Part shown: one piece after another, positions 39,840 to 49,698 of the stretch
Position numbering within the stretch: position 1 is the first letter of the stretch
Layout of the letters: each line of letters opens with the position of its first letter
Origin: a virus
Lineage: Duplodnaviria > Caudoviricetes
IMG/VR virus record: IMGVR_UViG_3300013121_000016
Coordinates: 1-64,000 of that record
Length of the DNA: 64,000 nucleotides
Reading direction: 5' to 3' (one strand)
The notes under the pieces: generated by a model
What the model was told of the DNA's origin: nothing
Databases searched by the model: none
The model's input: only the letters and a program-made list of their open reading frames with translations
Position numbers and translations under genes: made by a program

Positions 39840-40215
39840 TATTACTCTTACTGGAGACAGGGTACTCATCGCACTAGATGAGCATCCTACTCACACTGTT
39901 ACTAAAGGGAATATAGTTGTGCCGCGTTTTGAGCAAGGAGTCACAGAAGGAGGTAAGCCTCGATCTGATTTAGATTCGAGAAAACACCTCTCAGTAGGGA
40001 CAGTGGTCGCTATTTCGCCCTTAGCGTCCAAGCGAATGTCTGAGGAAGAGACTCCCCTCCGCCCTGGAGACAGGGTTTACATATCGGCTACGGCTAATAA
40101 TATCTCATACCAATTTATATCTGATCGTTCGCGCTTAGTCGTGGACTTTGACGGCCTGATCGCCGTGCCTCATAATTATATTGAGGCAATTGTAAATACA
40201 CCAACCAATGGCTAA
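39826..40215 (+). CDS. groES: Co-chaperonin GroES-like
   Basis: LTGDRVLI, TKGNIVVP, GTVVAI, LRPGDRV. Confidence 0.75.
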   Translation: MTLSNITLTGDRVLIALDEHPTHTVTKGNIVVPRFEQGVTEGGKPRSDLDSRKHLSVGTVVAISPLASKRMSEEETPLRPGDRVYISATANNISYQFISDRSRLVVDFDGLIAVPHNYIEAIVNTPTNG

Positions 40216-40522
40216 TAAAGCTCTCAGTGCTGCACAACTTCAAAAGCAAGTTGCAGACCTTCAGGCAGCTCTTGCGTCTTCAGAGAAATTGGCTGCCGAT
40301 CGCGGCCGTCTTCTCGAATACGTTGCTAATCTTTTACTTGAGATTCAAAACAAGTTCTCTAACTCCCCTGTTCTTACAAATCTGCCCAAGAAAGTTAACT
40401 TTTGGTGGCTCCTTACGAACTGGCGTGCAGTCTTAGAGTTCATCGAGTTTGTAGTTCTCAAGATTAAAGAGTTCATCAAGAATGTAAAAGTTCAGCCTAA
40501 TCCAGATGCTGCTGCTCAATAA
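40208..40522 (+). CDS. Coiled-coil hypothetical protein
   Basis: Heptad N-terminus, amphipathic C-terminus. Confidence 0.6.
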   Translation: MANKALSAAQLQKQVADLQAALASSEKLAADRGRLLEYVANLLLEIQNKFSNSPVLTNLPKKVNFWWLLTNWRAVLEFIEFVVLKIKEFIKNVKVQPNPDAAAQ

Positions 40523-41009
40523 TTTTGATCCGTTCGAAGATTTCTGGGCCACAAACCCGCAGCTAAGAATCCTCTTTAAGGAGGAGTACGATGCGAAAGT
40601 TCCATCTTCTCAGATGTGGGCTGTGGCTCTCTTCGTCCATCCATCTTCTAAGCTTTTCAATGAATCGCCGGAGAACCGCAAAAAACTTATTCTAAGTGAT
40701 TATCTTAATGATCCTTCTTTTGATTTTGATTCGCTTTCTCCAACAATTGATAAGTTTAAAAGACTAGTGCTCACGAAGGCGGAGCTTCTTCTCTCTAATT
40801 GGGAGAAAAGAATGTATGATCGCGAAGCCTTCCTAGACTCGGTTCCTTACTCGCCAGACACTTTCGACATGATCGAAAAGATGGTTAAGGAAACTCCTAA
40901 ACTCTGGCAAAACCTCTTTCAAATTCAGACTGCTCTGTCAAAAGAGCAAGATACTAAGGTTGAAGGAGATATTGAGGAGTCACTTTCTGAGAAAGGACTT
41001 CTCGACTAA
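40506..41009 (+). CDS. Hypothetical helical protein (possible terminase small subunit)
   Basis: Upstream of the packaging genes; C-terminal VEGDIEESLSEKG. Function is inference. Confidence 0.5.
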   Translation: MLLLNNFDPFEDFWATNPQLRILFKEEYDAKVPSSQMWAVALFVHPSSKLFNESPENRKKLILSDYLNDPSFDFDSLSPTIDKFKRLVLTKAELLLSNWEKRMYDREAFLDSVPYSPDTFDMIEKMVKETPKLWQNLFQIQTALSKEQDTKVEGDIEESLSEKGLLD

Positions 41010-41254
41010 GGGCCTGATCCTGGACATCTTTGGTTAGTTGTAATCTTTAAATGACGAATCGCTTTCTTTTGCTGCCTCAATCCCCTCGTGGGCCGTGACT
41101 TACATCCAGGCAGCTCCGCTCACCTCTACAGCGGATGACCAAGTAGAGGCACCCGAACTCCTCGAAGTTTTAGTATAGTCATTACCCTTTACACCTTACT
41201 AGCTTAATCGCCCTCTAATCAAACACGCGGGTTCGACTCCCGCCAGGTCCACCA
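41010..41254 (+). ncRNA. ssrA: Minimal tmRNA (245 nt)
   Basis: Acceptor GGGCCTG/CAGGTCC with G3-U, ACCA end, T-arm GCGGG-TTCGACT-CCCGC, helix TTTGGTTAG/CTAATCAAA, H-type pseudoknot 41116-41149, tag-like frames. Confidence 0.85.
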
Positions 41255-41334
41255 AAAGCTTGCCAGCTATAGGGGGAGATTGATTAACGATCGCTCCCCC
41301 AAAGAATAACCGTTCACTTTTAAATTTTTTGCTT

Positions 41335-41436
41335 ATGTCCTACATTCAGGGGGTTTTCAACCACTGTGCACCGACGTGTCTGCTCAACGATCATCGCCGC
41401 GATGTCCCCCAGCAGCCACCCGGTAGTCGGGTCTAA
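41335..41436 (+). CDS. Possible 33-aa small ORF between tmRNA and tRNA
   Basis: MSYIQGVFNHCAPTCLLNDHRRDVPQQPPGSRV*, AT-rich start context. Confidence 0.35.
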   Translation: MSYIQGVFNHCAPTCLLNDHRRDVPQQPPGSRV

Positions 41437-41523
41437 CCTTTAATCCGCTTCAAGGCTTTGGCAGATCAAAAAGTTGATCGCTTTACGGGGTAAGGGCGCT
41501 GTAATAGTGCCCTGCCCCACTAT

Positions 41524-41597
41524 AGGGTGGTAGTTCAATAGAGTTAGAATGACGGTCTTCAAAACCGTAGATGAGGGTTCGAGTCCCTACTGCCCTG
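41524..41597 (+). tRNA. Opal suppressor tRNA-Trp(UCA)
   Basis: Cloverleaf; anticodon arm ACGGT-CTTCAAA-ACCGT (TCA at 41559-41561); A1-U72 and G73 as in tRNA-Trp; short variable loop; CCA not encoded. Confidence 0.92.
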
Positions 41598-41614
41598 CTA
41601 ATTTAAACTTTGCT

Positions 41615-41896
41615 ATGGAAAACACTTGGTACAGATTTCCAATTACTGTCGTTTCTCAACAAGACTACGAGCTTTATGGTAACCAACCACCGGCTGACGC
41701 CTCTATGCGGTCGTACGTAGACTTTAGACTTGACTCAATCGTAGGCCTCAGAGCTTACTTTGAAGATGACGGCACGGTCACTGGAACACAAATTTACACG
41801 ACAGCTGGAACTGATTTTGCTGTCGATCTCAAACCATCCGAGGTACGCAAGATTCTCGGATACACACCTATAAATAAAGAAGAACATGGAAACTAA
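41615..41896 (+). CDS. Hypothetical protein
   Basis: Start moved to ATG 41615, downstream of the tRNA. Confidence 0.65.
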   Translation: MENTWYRFPITVVSQQDYELYGNQPPADASMRSYVDFRLDSIVGLRAYFEDDGTVTGTQIYTTAGTDFAVDLKPSEVRKILGYTPINKEEHGN

Positions 41897-42131
41897 TTAT
41901 ATTGAAACAGATGGAACCGTCTCAACATCTACAATGCTGAGTCATGCCATCCCTATGGCGGATTGTCCTTGTAAGAAAGAGTATGTAGAGCGCAAACAGG
42001 AACATCGCGTATCTCTATACGCCATATCAGATATGGACCCAATAAAGATTACGCAAGACTTTTCTAAAATTATTGAGTACATACAGACACTCGGATTCAA
42101 GACGACAGGAGTCGAATTAACTCGTTGGTAA
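41886..42131 (+). CDS. Hypothetical protein
   Basis: Operon-packed ORF. Confidence 0.55.
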   Translation: METNYIETDGTVSTSTMLSHAIPMADCPCKKEYVERKQEHRVSLYAISDMDPIKITQDFSKIIEYIQTLGFKTTGVELTRW

Positions 42132-42373
42132 TGGAAATCACTATTTATTTTGAAGCTATTGATGAGGACACTCTTGGTAATGGGCGCACGATGGTAGCCA
42201 TCGACGTTCCCTTGGCAAGGAACGTCGAGGACTTCGACAAAGTACTTGACTCTCAATTCTCAAACTTCAAGATGCGCCTCCTTACCGAGCTCTATAAAAA
42301 GTACCCCCACTACTGGCATAAGAATTCACCGATCGAACACGATAAATTAAAATCACTAGAAACGAATGGCTAG
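42131..42373 (+). CDS. Hypothetical protein
   Basis: TAATG overlap. Confidence 0.55.
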   Translation: MEITIYFEAIDEDTLGNGRTMVAIDVPLARNVEDFDKVLDSQFSNFKMRLLTELYKKYPHYWHKNSPIEHDKLKSLETNG

Positions 42374-43979
42374 AAAAGTCATATCAGGACAAGAACTACA
42401 GGACGGATTATCAAGAGGAGTCGACATCCTTGCCGACGCTGTAGGTTCAACCCTGGGCCCACTGGGCCGAAACGCTATTATTGAGACTCCTTACGGAGCG
42501 ACTACCGTGACTAAGGATGGAGTGACAGTGGCTGAGCTTATTGATCTTGAAGATCCTATCGAGAACCTTGCTGCTCAGATCCTTAAGCAAGCTGCACAGC
42601 GAACAGCCAAGGTTGCCGGAGACGGCACGACCTCTGCTACAATTATTGCGCAAACTCTCTATCAAGAAGCCCGCAAGCTTATTACGTCTGGAGTAGCTCC
42701 GATTCACATCAAACAGAGCTTCGAGCGGTTCCTAACCCAAGTTATTCCGCTCATCAGAGATAAGTCTTTAGAGGTCTCTACCAAAGAGGATATCTATCAG
42801 ATTGCTCTCATCTCAGCTAATAATGATGCGCATATTGCCAGTCTTATTGCTCAGGCAATGGAATATGTTGGAAAGGATGGGACTATTACATTAGAGGAGT
42901 CAAAGACTGGGACCACTGAAGTTACACTTGTTGATGGTTACGCTTTCGAGCGTCCTTACGCGTCTCCCTATTTTGTTACTAATCCTGCGAAAGGCGAAGT
43001 AGAATTGGATAACCCACTCATTTTCATTACAGATAAGAAGCTTCGCTACACGCAAGAGATTATTCCTATCCTGGAACTTGCTCACGCCAATTCTCGTCCA
43101 CTGCTGATTATTGCTGATGATATTGAAGGCCAAGTCTTACAGACCTTAGCAATCAACAAGATCTCCGGGACTATTAAAGTATCAGCCTGCCGTGCACCTT
43201 CGTATGGTGAGAATCGTCTTCAAGTCTTACAGGATATTGCAGCGCACACTTCTGCTACTGTTATCTCAGAGTCTTCGGGCCAGCGCATTGAAGACACTAC
43301 TTTTGAACAACTAGGCGAAGCTGCTAAAGTTCGTTCAACTCGTAACGAAACTATTATTATTGATGGAGCTAAAGATGAAGCACGTACTGAAGAGCGCGCA
43401 GAGCAAATCAGACTTGCTCTTAAAGACTACACCGGTGACTCTTATTACCACAAGCAATTACAAACACGCCTCTCGAAACTCACAGCCAAAGTGGCTATCC
43501 TACATGTTGGAGCAGCAACGGAAACTGAACTCAAAGAGAAGAAGGCGCGAGTTGATGATGCACTCCGAGCTACGACGTGCGCTGTCCAAAAAGGATATGT
43601 TGTAGGTGGTGGTACTCTTCTTGCTAAACTTTCAAAACAATTTGCAAATGAAAACGACATCATATCGACAGTTTTCGCCAGAGCTCTTTCGGCGCCGCTT
43701 CGCAGAATTGCTCAAAACGCTGGCACATCCCCGGATCTCGTCCTTGCGAAAGTACTTGAGGAAAAGAATGAGTTTTATGGCTACAACGCGTTAACTAACG
43801 AGTATACTGACCTAATTGTTGCCGGGATCATTGATCCTACCCTGGTCGTTGAACAAGCACTACTTAACGCAGTCTCCGCTGCAAACATGCTAATTCTATC
43901 TGCTACTGGTATCTACAACATAGACCGCACGCCGCCCTACTCTCCCGGTAATTTAGGAGACTTTCAGTCAGAAGAATAA
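42366..43979 (+). CDS. groEL: Chaperonin GroEL
   Basis: TLGPLGRN, VTKDGVTVA, AGDGTTSAT, GAATETELKEKK.RVDDAL.AT, GIIDP; no GGM tail. Confidence 0.96.
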   Translation: MARKVISGQELQDGLSRGVDILADAVGSTLGPLGRNAIIETPYGATTVTKDGVTVAELIDLEDPIENLAAQILKQAAQRTAKVAGDGTTSATIIAQTLYQEARKLITSGVAPIHIKQSFERFLTQVIPLIRDKSLEVSTKEDIYQIALISANNDAHIASLIAQAMEYVGKDGTITLEESKTGTTEVTLVDGYAFERPYASPYFVTNPAKGEVELDNPLIFITDKKLRYTQEIIPILELAHANSRPLLIIADDIEGQVLQTLAINKISGTIKVSACRAPSYGENRLQVLQDIAAHTSATVISESSGQRIEDTTFEQLGEAAKVRSTRNETIIIDGAKDEARTEERAEQIRLALKDYTGDSYYHKQLQTRLSKLTAKVAILHVGAATETELKEKKARVDDALRATTCAVQKGYVVGGGTLLAKLSKQFANENDIISTVFARALSAPLRRIAQNAGTSPDLVLAKVLEEKNEFYGYNALTNEYTDLIVAGIIDPTLVVEQALLNAVSAANMLILSATGIYNIDRTPPYSPGNLGDFQSEE

Positions 43980-46219
43980 TGATTTTACCTTCTAATCCTA
44001 AAGATTTCTTACTTAAAGAAATTCCAGATTTCCATCCTCTTTCTGCATCTTGGGCTGCTTTCTGAAGAGAGCAGTATCGATACTGCAAGGAGGGCTATTG
44101 GGTGGGTGGCACTTGAATGCCGCCTGCCCTTTACTATTATGCGAACTTTGGAACTATTAAGAAGAACATAAAGTTTTCCTCAGCCAAAGTTTACGATCGA
44201 CCAGACCTTCGAGATCTGGAATGGGACCTCTTCTATCACTACAGTGAAGCAAGAGGTTTTTCTGGTTTTAAGTATGATGACGTTTATTCGTCACACAGGA
44301 TACTACTTGATCCTGACGTAACTGACGATTTTTTACTTCTTAATCTTCCTGAGACACTTAATTCTAAGGGAGAACGTAAGACATATGTGCCTGCGCGAGA
44401 TTACATGCGCAAGCTACATCCCACCGCTCTTGGCCCACCGCTCTTTGACAACGAGAAGAAGAACCTTATGCTTCTCGGCTCTCGTGACTTAGGTAAGTCG
44501 TTTGCTGTCGGTGTAGGGATGGTTGGTCACATGTTCCTCTTTCCGCCCGCTGCCAATCACACCAAACGTATTCCTACTGAGGTTCTAGTTGGAGCATCTA
44601 TTTCTGACAAGTCTCGAGATCTTCTAAAGAAGACTAAAGACTCTTTTGACTTCCTTCCGGGTAAGCGCACTATCTCTGGTCGCACTTACCCTTCGCCATT
44701 TTATAAGCAGTACTCTGGCTCTTGGTCAGTAAACTCGGATATAAAGGCTGAATATAAGAAGAAAGTGGATGGTCGTTGGGATACTGTTGGTAGTCGTGCT
44801 GTTATTAAACACAGGTCCTTCAACGAGAATCCGTTTGCTGCTCAAGGTACCCGCCCCGACCTTATGGTCATTGAAGAAGCAGGTATGGCTCCCGAGCTTA
44901 AAGACATTTATGTTCACTCAGTGGATGCTCTTCGTCGCGGTCTTACCAAGACTGGTACTCTCCTTGTACTTGGTACTGGTGGTGACATGGCTAAAGGTAC
45001 ACTTCCAGCCTCTGAAATGTTTTACGAGCCTGAGAAGTACGACTTCCTGGCTTTTGAAGACATTTATGAGCAGCGCGGCAAGATATGTTACTTCATACCA
45101 GCCTACTATTCGCTTGATGAATTCCGTAACGCTAATGGATATGTTGATGTAGAGAAGGCGACTAAGAAACTTCTCAATGTACGTAAGCTCAAAGGAGGCG
45201 ACTCGGGTGCGTCTACGGCACTCGATATGGAAATGCAGTATCGTCCTTTGGTGCCGTCAGAGATGTTCCTATCTAAGACAGCAAACATCTTTCCTTTTGC
45301 GGAATTGCGTCGCCGCCTCTCGGAAATACAAGCTACCTCTACTTACGAGAAACTAGAAAAAAAGGTAGATCTGTTCTTCGATCCGTCGGCCAAGTCCTAC
45401 AACGGAGTATCTTACGAGATTAACGATAGACTTAATCCAATTACTACGTTTCCTTATGATGGAGACGATAGAGAAGGAGCTGTTGTTATTTACGAGTTCC
45501 CACAGCTTATCGACGATAAAGTACCGCAAGACGCCTACATTATTGGTTGTGACCCGTATAAAGATGATACACAGGAAGGCCAATCGCTCGCCGCAATTTA
45601 CGTCGTAAAAACCTCGAAGTACTTCTCCACTATCGGTCACGATGAGATAGTTGCTTCATATATAGGACGCCCATACATGGGTAAAGTGATTGTGAATGAG
45701 ATACTTCACAAGCTGTCACTATTTTACGGCAACGCCAAGATTTACTTCGAGAACTCAGTGGGTAATGTCAAAGATTACTTTGAGCGCGTTACGCGCCTAG
45801 ACTTACTTGCAACACAGCCCACGACTCTTTTCAACAAGAAGGCTTCCTACAACACTTCTCCGACACTTATTTACGGTTATCCCATGCCCAATCAACGAGT
45901 TAAGTGGGAGGCGCTCCAGTACTTGCGTACGTGGCTTCTTACCGACCGAGGTGATGGTAAGCGCAATTTAGATCTCATATCTGACCCAGCGCTTCTTCAA
46001 GAGCTAATCTCCTTTAACCTTGACGGCAACTTCGATAGGGTGATGGGCTTGGTGGGTTGCGTTATTGGACTGGAGGAAACCTTCAACCACACAAAACGAT
46101 CACAGGAGCGAGAAGTATACTCTTCAGCTCTTGATTTAGAGATAATATCAAAGCTTACAAATAACAAAGCTTTATTCTATGAAAACTTTCCCAAAGCAAA
46201 GACTTCCATATTCGCATAA
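43979..46219 (+). CDS. Terminase large subunit, 746 aa with 2 TGA=Trp
   Basis: PDFHPLS..WAAF[W]REQ...EGYWVGGT[W]MPPALYYY (TGA 44063, 44114); GSRDLGKS, IEEAG, GTGG, GCDPY, NFDRVM. Confidence 0.93.
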
Positions 46220-48584
46220 GATAGCAAAGGATTACAAGTGGGCTAAGGAAGTGATGAACCATCTACTCGAGAATTTCACACTAGACTCCACTGCTGTAAA
46301 CGCTTTCCAGACCGATTACCATAGGAAGCTTTCTAACTACCAACTTTACAATAATCAAATTAATCAAAAGGACTTCGAGCGTGAATGCAATCCACTAGGA
46401 CTAGAGGTCGGTCAGATCGCTGACGAAATACAGCCTTATAATAAAGGTAACAACAAGATTCAGGTCATCCTTGGTGAGGAACTCCGTCGCCCATTCAACT
46501 TCCGTACTATCTTAGTTAATTCAGATGGAATTCGCTCTAAGATGATGTATCGCGACACCCTACTTCGCAAGTTCGTGGAGGATCAAGTTCAACAGGTGTT
46601 GTCATCTCTTTCGCAGATGTACGATCAAGAGAGACTTCAAGAAGAGACAGAGAAGATACTTAACCCCAAAGAAATAGAACGCTACATGTCGACGTCTTAT
46701 TTAGATGCGCGTGAGCAGCTGGCAGCTAAAATGCTACGTTATCTTCTTCGTTCCCTCGATATACAAGATAAGCGCAATGACGCTTTTAAGCACGGGCTCA
46801 TCTCTGGTGAAGAGGTTGTCTATGTAAGCGTGCAGAATGAGCAGCCTGTGCTCGAGATTATCAATCCTCTAGGGTTCTTCTATCACAAGTCTGCTGAGAC
46901 TAAGTGGATTCAAGACGGACTTTACGCGGGCTTCCGTACTTACCTTTCACCTGCTGAGATCATCGATCGATACGGTCAATACCTTTCGGAAAAAGAGCTT
47001 AAGGACATTGATTCAGCTCTTTCAGCATTCCACGACTCTGATAACGCAATCTCGCGCTCTATGAATTATGGACACGATCAGTTGCTTAAAGTACAGCTAG
47101 ACCTCACCACGCAAGGTTCTTACTCGGATTCCTCTATCGAGGATTATCTCGTTGAGCACATAGAATGGGTGTCTCAGCGCCGCATCGGTTTTCTAGAGAT
47201 CACTTCTCCAGACTCCGAGCCAGTGACTGATATGGTGTCAGAAGACTTTCCAATTCCTACTTACGCCACATCTCGCACCGAGACTAAGGAGTACGGCAAA
47301 AAGTGTACTTACATCGAGTGGCTTGACGAGTTAGGCAATGCCTACTCGCTTGAGTGGGGATGAATCCCAGAAGTATGGGAAGGTGTGCGCATTAACCGTA
47401 ACATCTATTGCTGCATTGGTCCTAAAAAGGAGCAGTTCCGTTCAACGGACGATCCTTATACAGTTAGACTCGGCTACCATGGTCTTGTCTATAATGCGAT
47501 GAATGCTCCATCTATTGCTATGATGGATCGCATGAAGCCTTTCATCTATCTTTACATGATAGTGATGCATAAGCTGAAGCGGCTAATTGCCCAAGATCAA
47601 GGTAAGGTGTTCCACTTCGATATATCGATGGTAGATCCTAAGATAGGTCTAGAAAAGACGCTCTACTACCTTAAGGAGATGAATCTTGACATCTTTAATC
47701 CGCTTCAAAATGCTGACCAGCCCGGTCAAATGCAGCGCGGTAAAGTGTCTTCGTCTACGGATATGTCTAACACACAACATATTCTTAATTACGTGTCTTT
47801 ACTTGCTGCTATCGATCAACAGATCGCTGAGGTTGCAGGTGTGACTCGTCAACGCGAAGGACAGATTTCCCCTAATGAAGCTGTAACTAATGCTCAGTCT
47901 AACGCGCAAATGTCATCTGTAATCACTGAGATTTATTTCTACGCGCACGACCGGCTTTGGGAGAAAGTCCTCACTTCACTTCTGCAAGTTACACAAGCTG
48001 CCTGGAAAGGTAAGTCAATAACCAAGCAGTACGTTCTTGATGATCTTTCCCTAGCTACCCTCGAAATATCTGCAGATCAAGAGTTCGAAGAGATAGGAGT
48101 GTTTGTTACTAACTCTGGACATGAAGTACAGATGTTCGACGCGCTCAAAGGTATATCTGATGGTCTACTGAACACCAACCGCGCTACCTTCTCTGATCTT
48201 ATTGCGCTCTATCAAGCAACTTCTGCCGAAGAACTCAAGGACCTTATTAGACAATCCGAGAAAGAATCCTTCGATCGCGAAATGCAGAAACAACAGCAGC
48301 AGACTGAAGCACAAGCACAGATGCAGCAGCAACAACAAGCTTTCGAGCTTGAGAAACAACAGCGTGAATTTGAGCACGACGTTCTCATACACGAGATTGA
48401 TTCTTTTAAATTCCAGAAAGATCAAGACTCTAATGACAATCAGATACCTGATCAGCTTGAAATTGCGAAGCTAAAACTGGACGCAGCGACAAAGCAAAAG
48501 AAACTTCAACTTGAAGAAAGAGCCCTTGATATCAAGGAGAAAGAAGTCAAATTAAGGGCAAAACAGAGCTCCACAAAGAAATAG
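46179..48584 (+). CDS. Portal protein, 801 aa with 1 TGA=Trp
   Basis: LEWG[W]IPEVWEGVRI across TGA 47361; ILGEELRRPF, AGVTRQREGQI; follows terminase. Confidence 0.9.
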
Positions 48585-48651
48585 AGCTATAGCAAATTTT
48601 ATTTTTTATAATTTCTACTTACCCAAAAGCACAATCTATAAATAATTTTGT

Positions 48652-49695
48652 ATGGAAAATCACATAGAAGATCCGCTCGAGGAATTTATCGCTGCTGGCA
48701 TAGTCCAGAAGGATGCCTCTAATAAGGACACACCGTCTCCCGAAGATTTACTTCTCCAAGACGATGACCCCGAGCCCCCTTCTGAGGATAACGATCCCCC
48801 TATTCACGATGATGAAGACTCTGAAGAAGTACAAGCTCAATACGAGTTCCTACTTTCCACTGGGTTCATCCAGCCTCCAAGCGAAGACTACGAGTTTGAC
48901 GGCAAGGCTGAAACTCTTGAAGAACTTATCGGACAATCACGTCGATCCGCAGAGAGCTCAGGCATCAACAAACTCTGGGCAGCGCTTTCCCCAGAATTCC
49001 AATCCGTAATTGAGTACGCACTCAATGGCGGCCAAGATCTCGAAAGCTTCTACAGAGAATACTCGGCACCTGATTTCTCGTCTATTGACATTAAGAAACC
49101 TGAGAATCAGCGTAGGGTCATTCGCGAATACTTTAAACAAACTACGCCGTATACGGATGAGCGCATCGATAAAATGATCGCGCGTTTAGAAGAAGACGGT
49201 GAACTGGAGAGTGAAGCACTCCAGACAATAGAAGACCTTCAAGACTTAAGGGAACAGCGTAAAGCCAAGTACCTAAAAGAACAACAGGAACAAGAAAGAG
49301 AGCTTAGAGCTGAAAATGAACGCAAGACTAACGAGTTAGTTAACGCAATTAACACGTCTAACTTTATTCATCAGCAGCGTCGCGACAAAGTGCGCGCTTT
49401 CTTTTTTAATCCTATTAAAGTTAATGACCAGGTAACAACTGGTTTCAATGAAGCGCTCCGAGCGATACGCGCCAACCCGGAACATCAAGCTCAGCTAGCT
49501 GACATTTTACTTGATTACGATCCTAGGAACGGTATATCACTCGAACGTATCGAAAAGCGAGTTAAATCTAAAGCCACATCAGACTTTAAATCAAAGCTCG
49601 GACGAGTCACTAACCCTAAGTTAACGACTCCTTCTTCCTCAGGGAAGAACAAACAATCTGACGACAATTTTTTATCTAAATGACTTTCTGCTTAA
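48652..49695 (+). CDS. Capsid scaffolding/assembly protein (1 TGA=Trp near the C-terminus)
   Basis: Acidic N-terminus, coiled coil, between portal and capsid; read-through adds WLSA and ends 3 nt before the capsid ATG. Confidence 0.7.
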
Positions 49696-49698
49696 TAA

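Noticed and set aside
41524-41597. Selenocysteine tRNA or TGA=Gly (code 25)
   Set aside because: Short variable loop, 7-bp acceptor stem and tRNA-Trp scaffold; recoded positions are Trp-like.
41549-41614. Track start of ORF 41549
   Set aside because: Overlaps the tRNA; ATG 41615 has a proper AT-rich context.
48586-48651. Promoter before the scaffold gene (TAATTTTG, GCTATA)
   Set aside because: A -7-like element is present but there is no TTTG at the right spacing, so it is not called.
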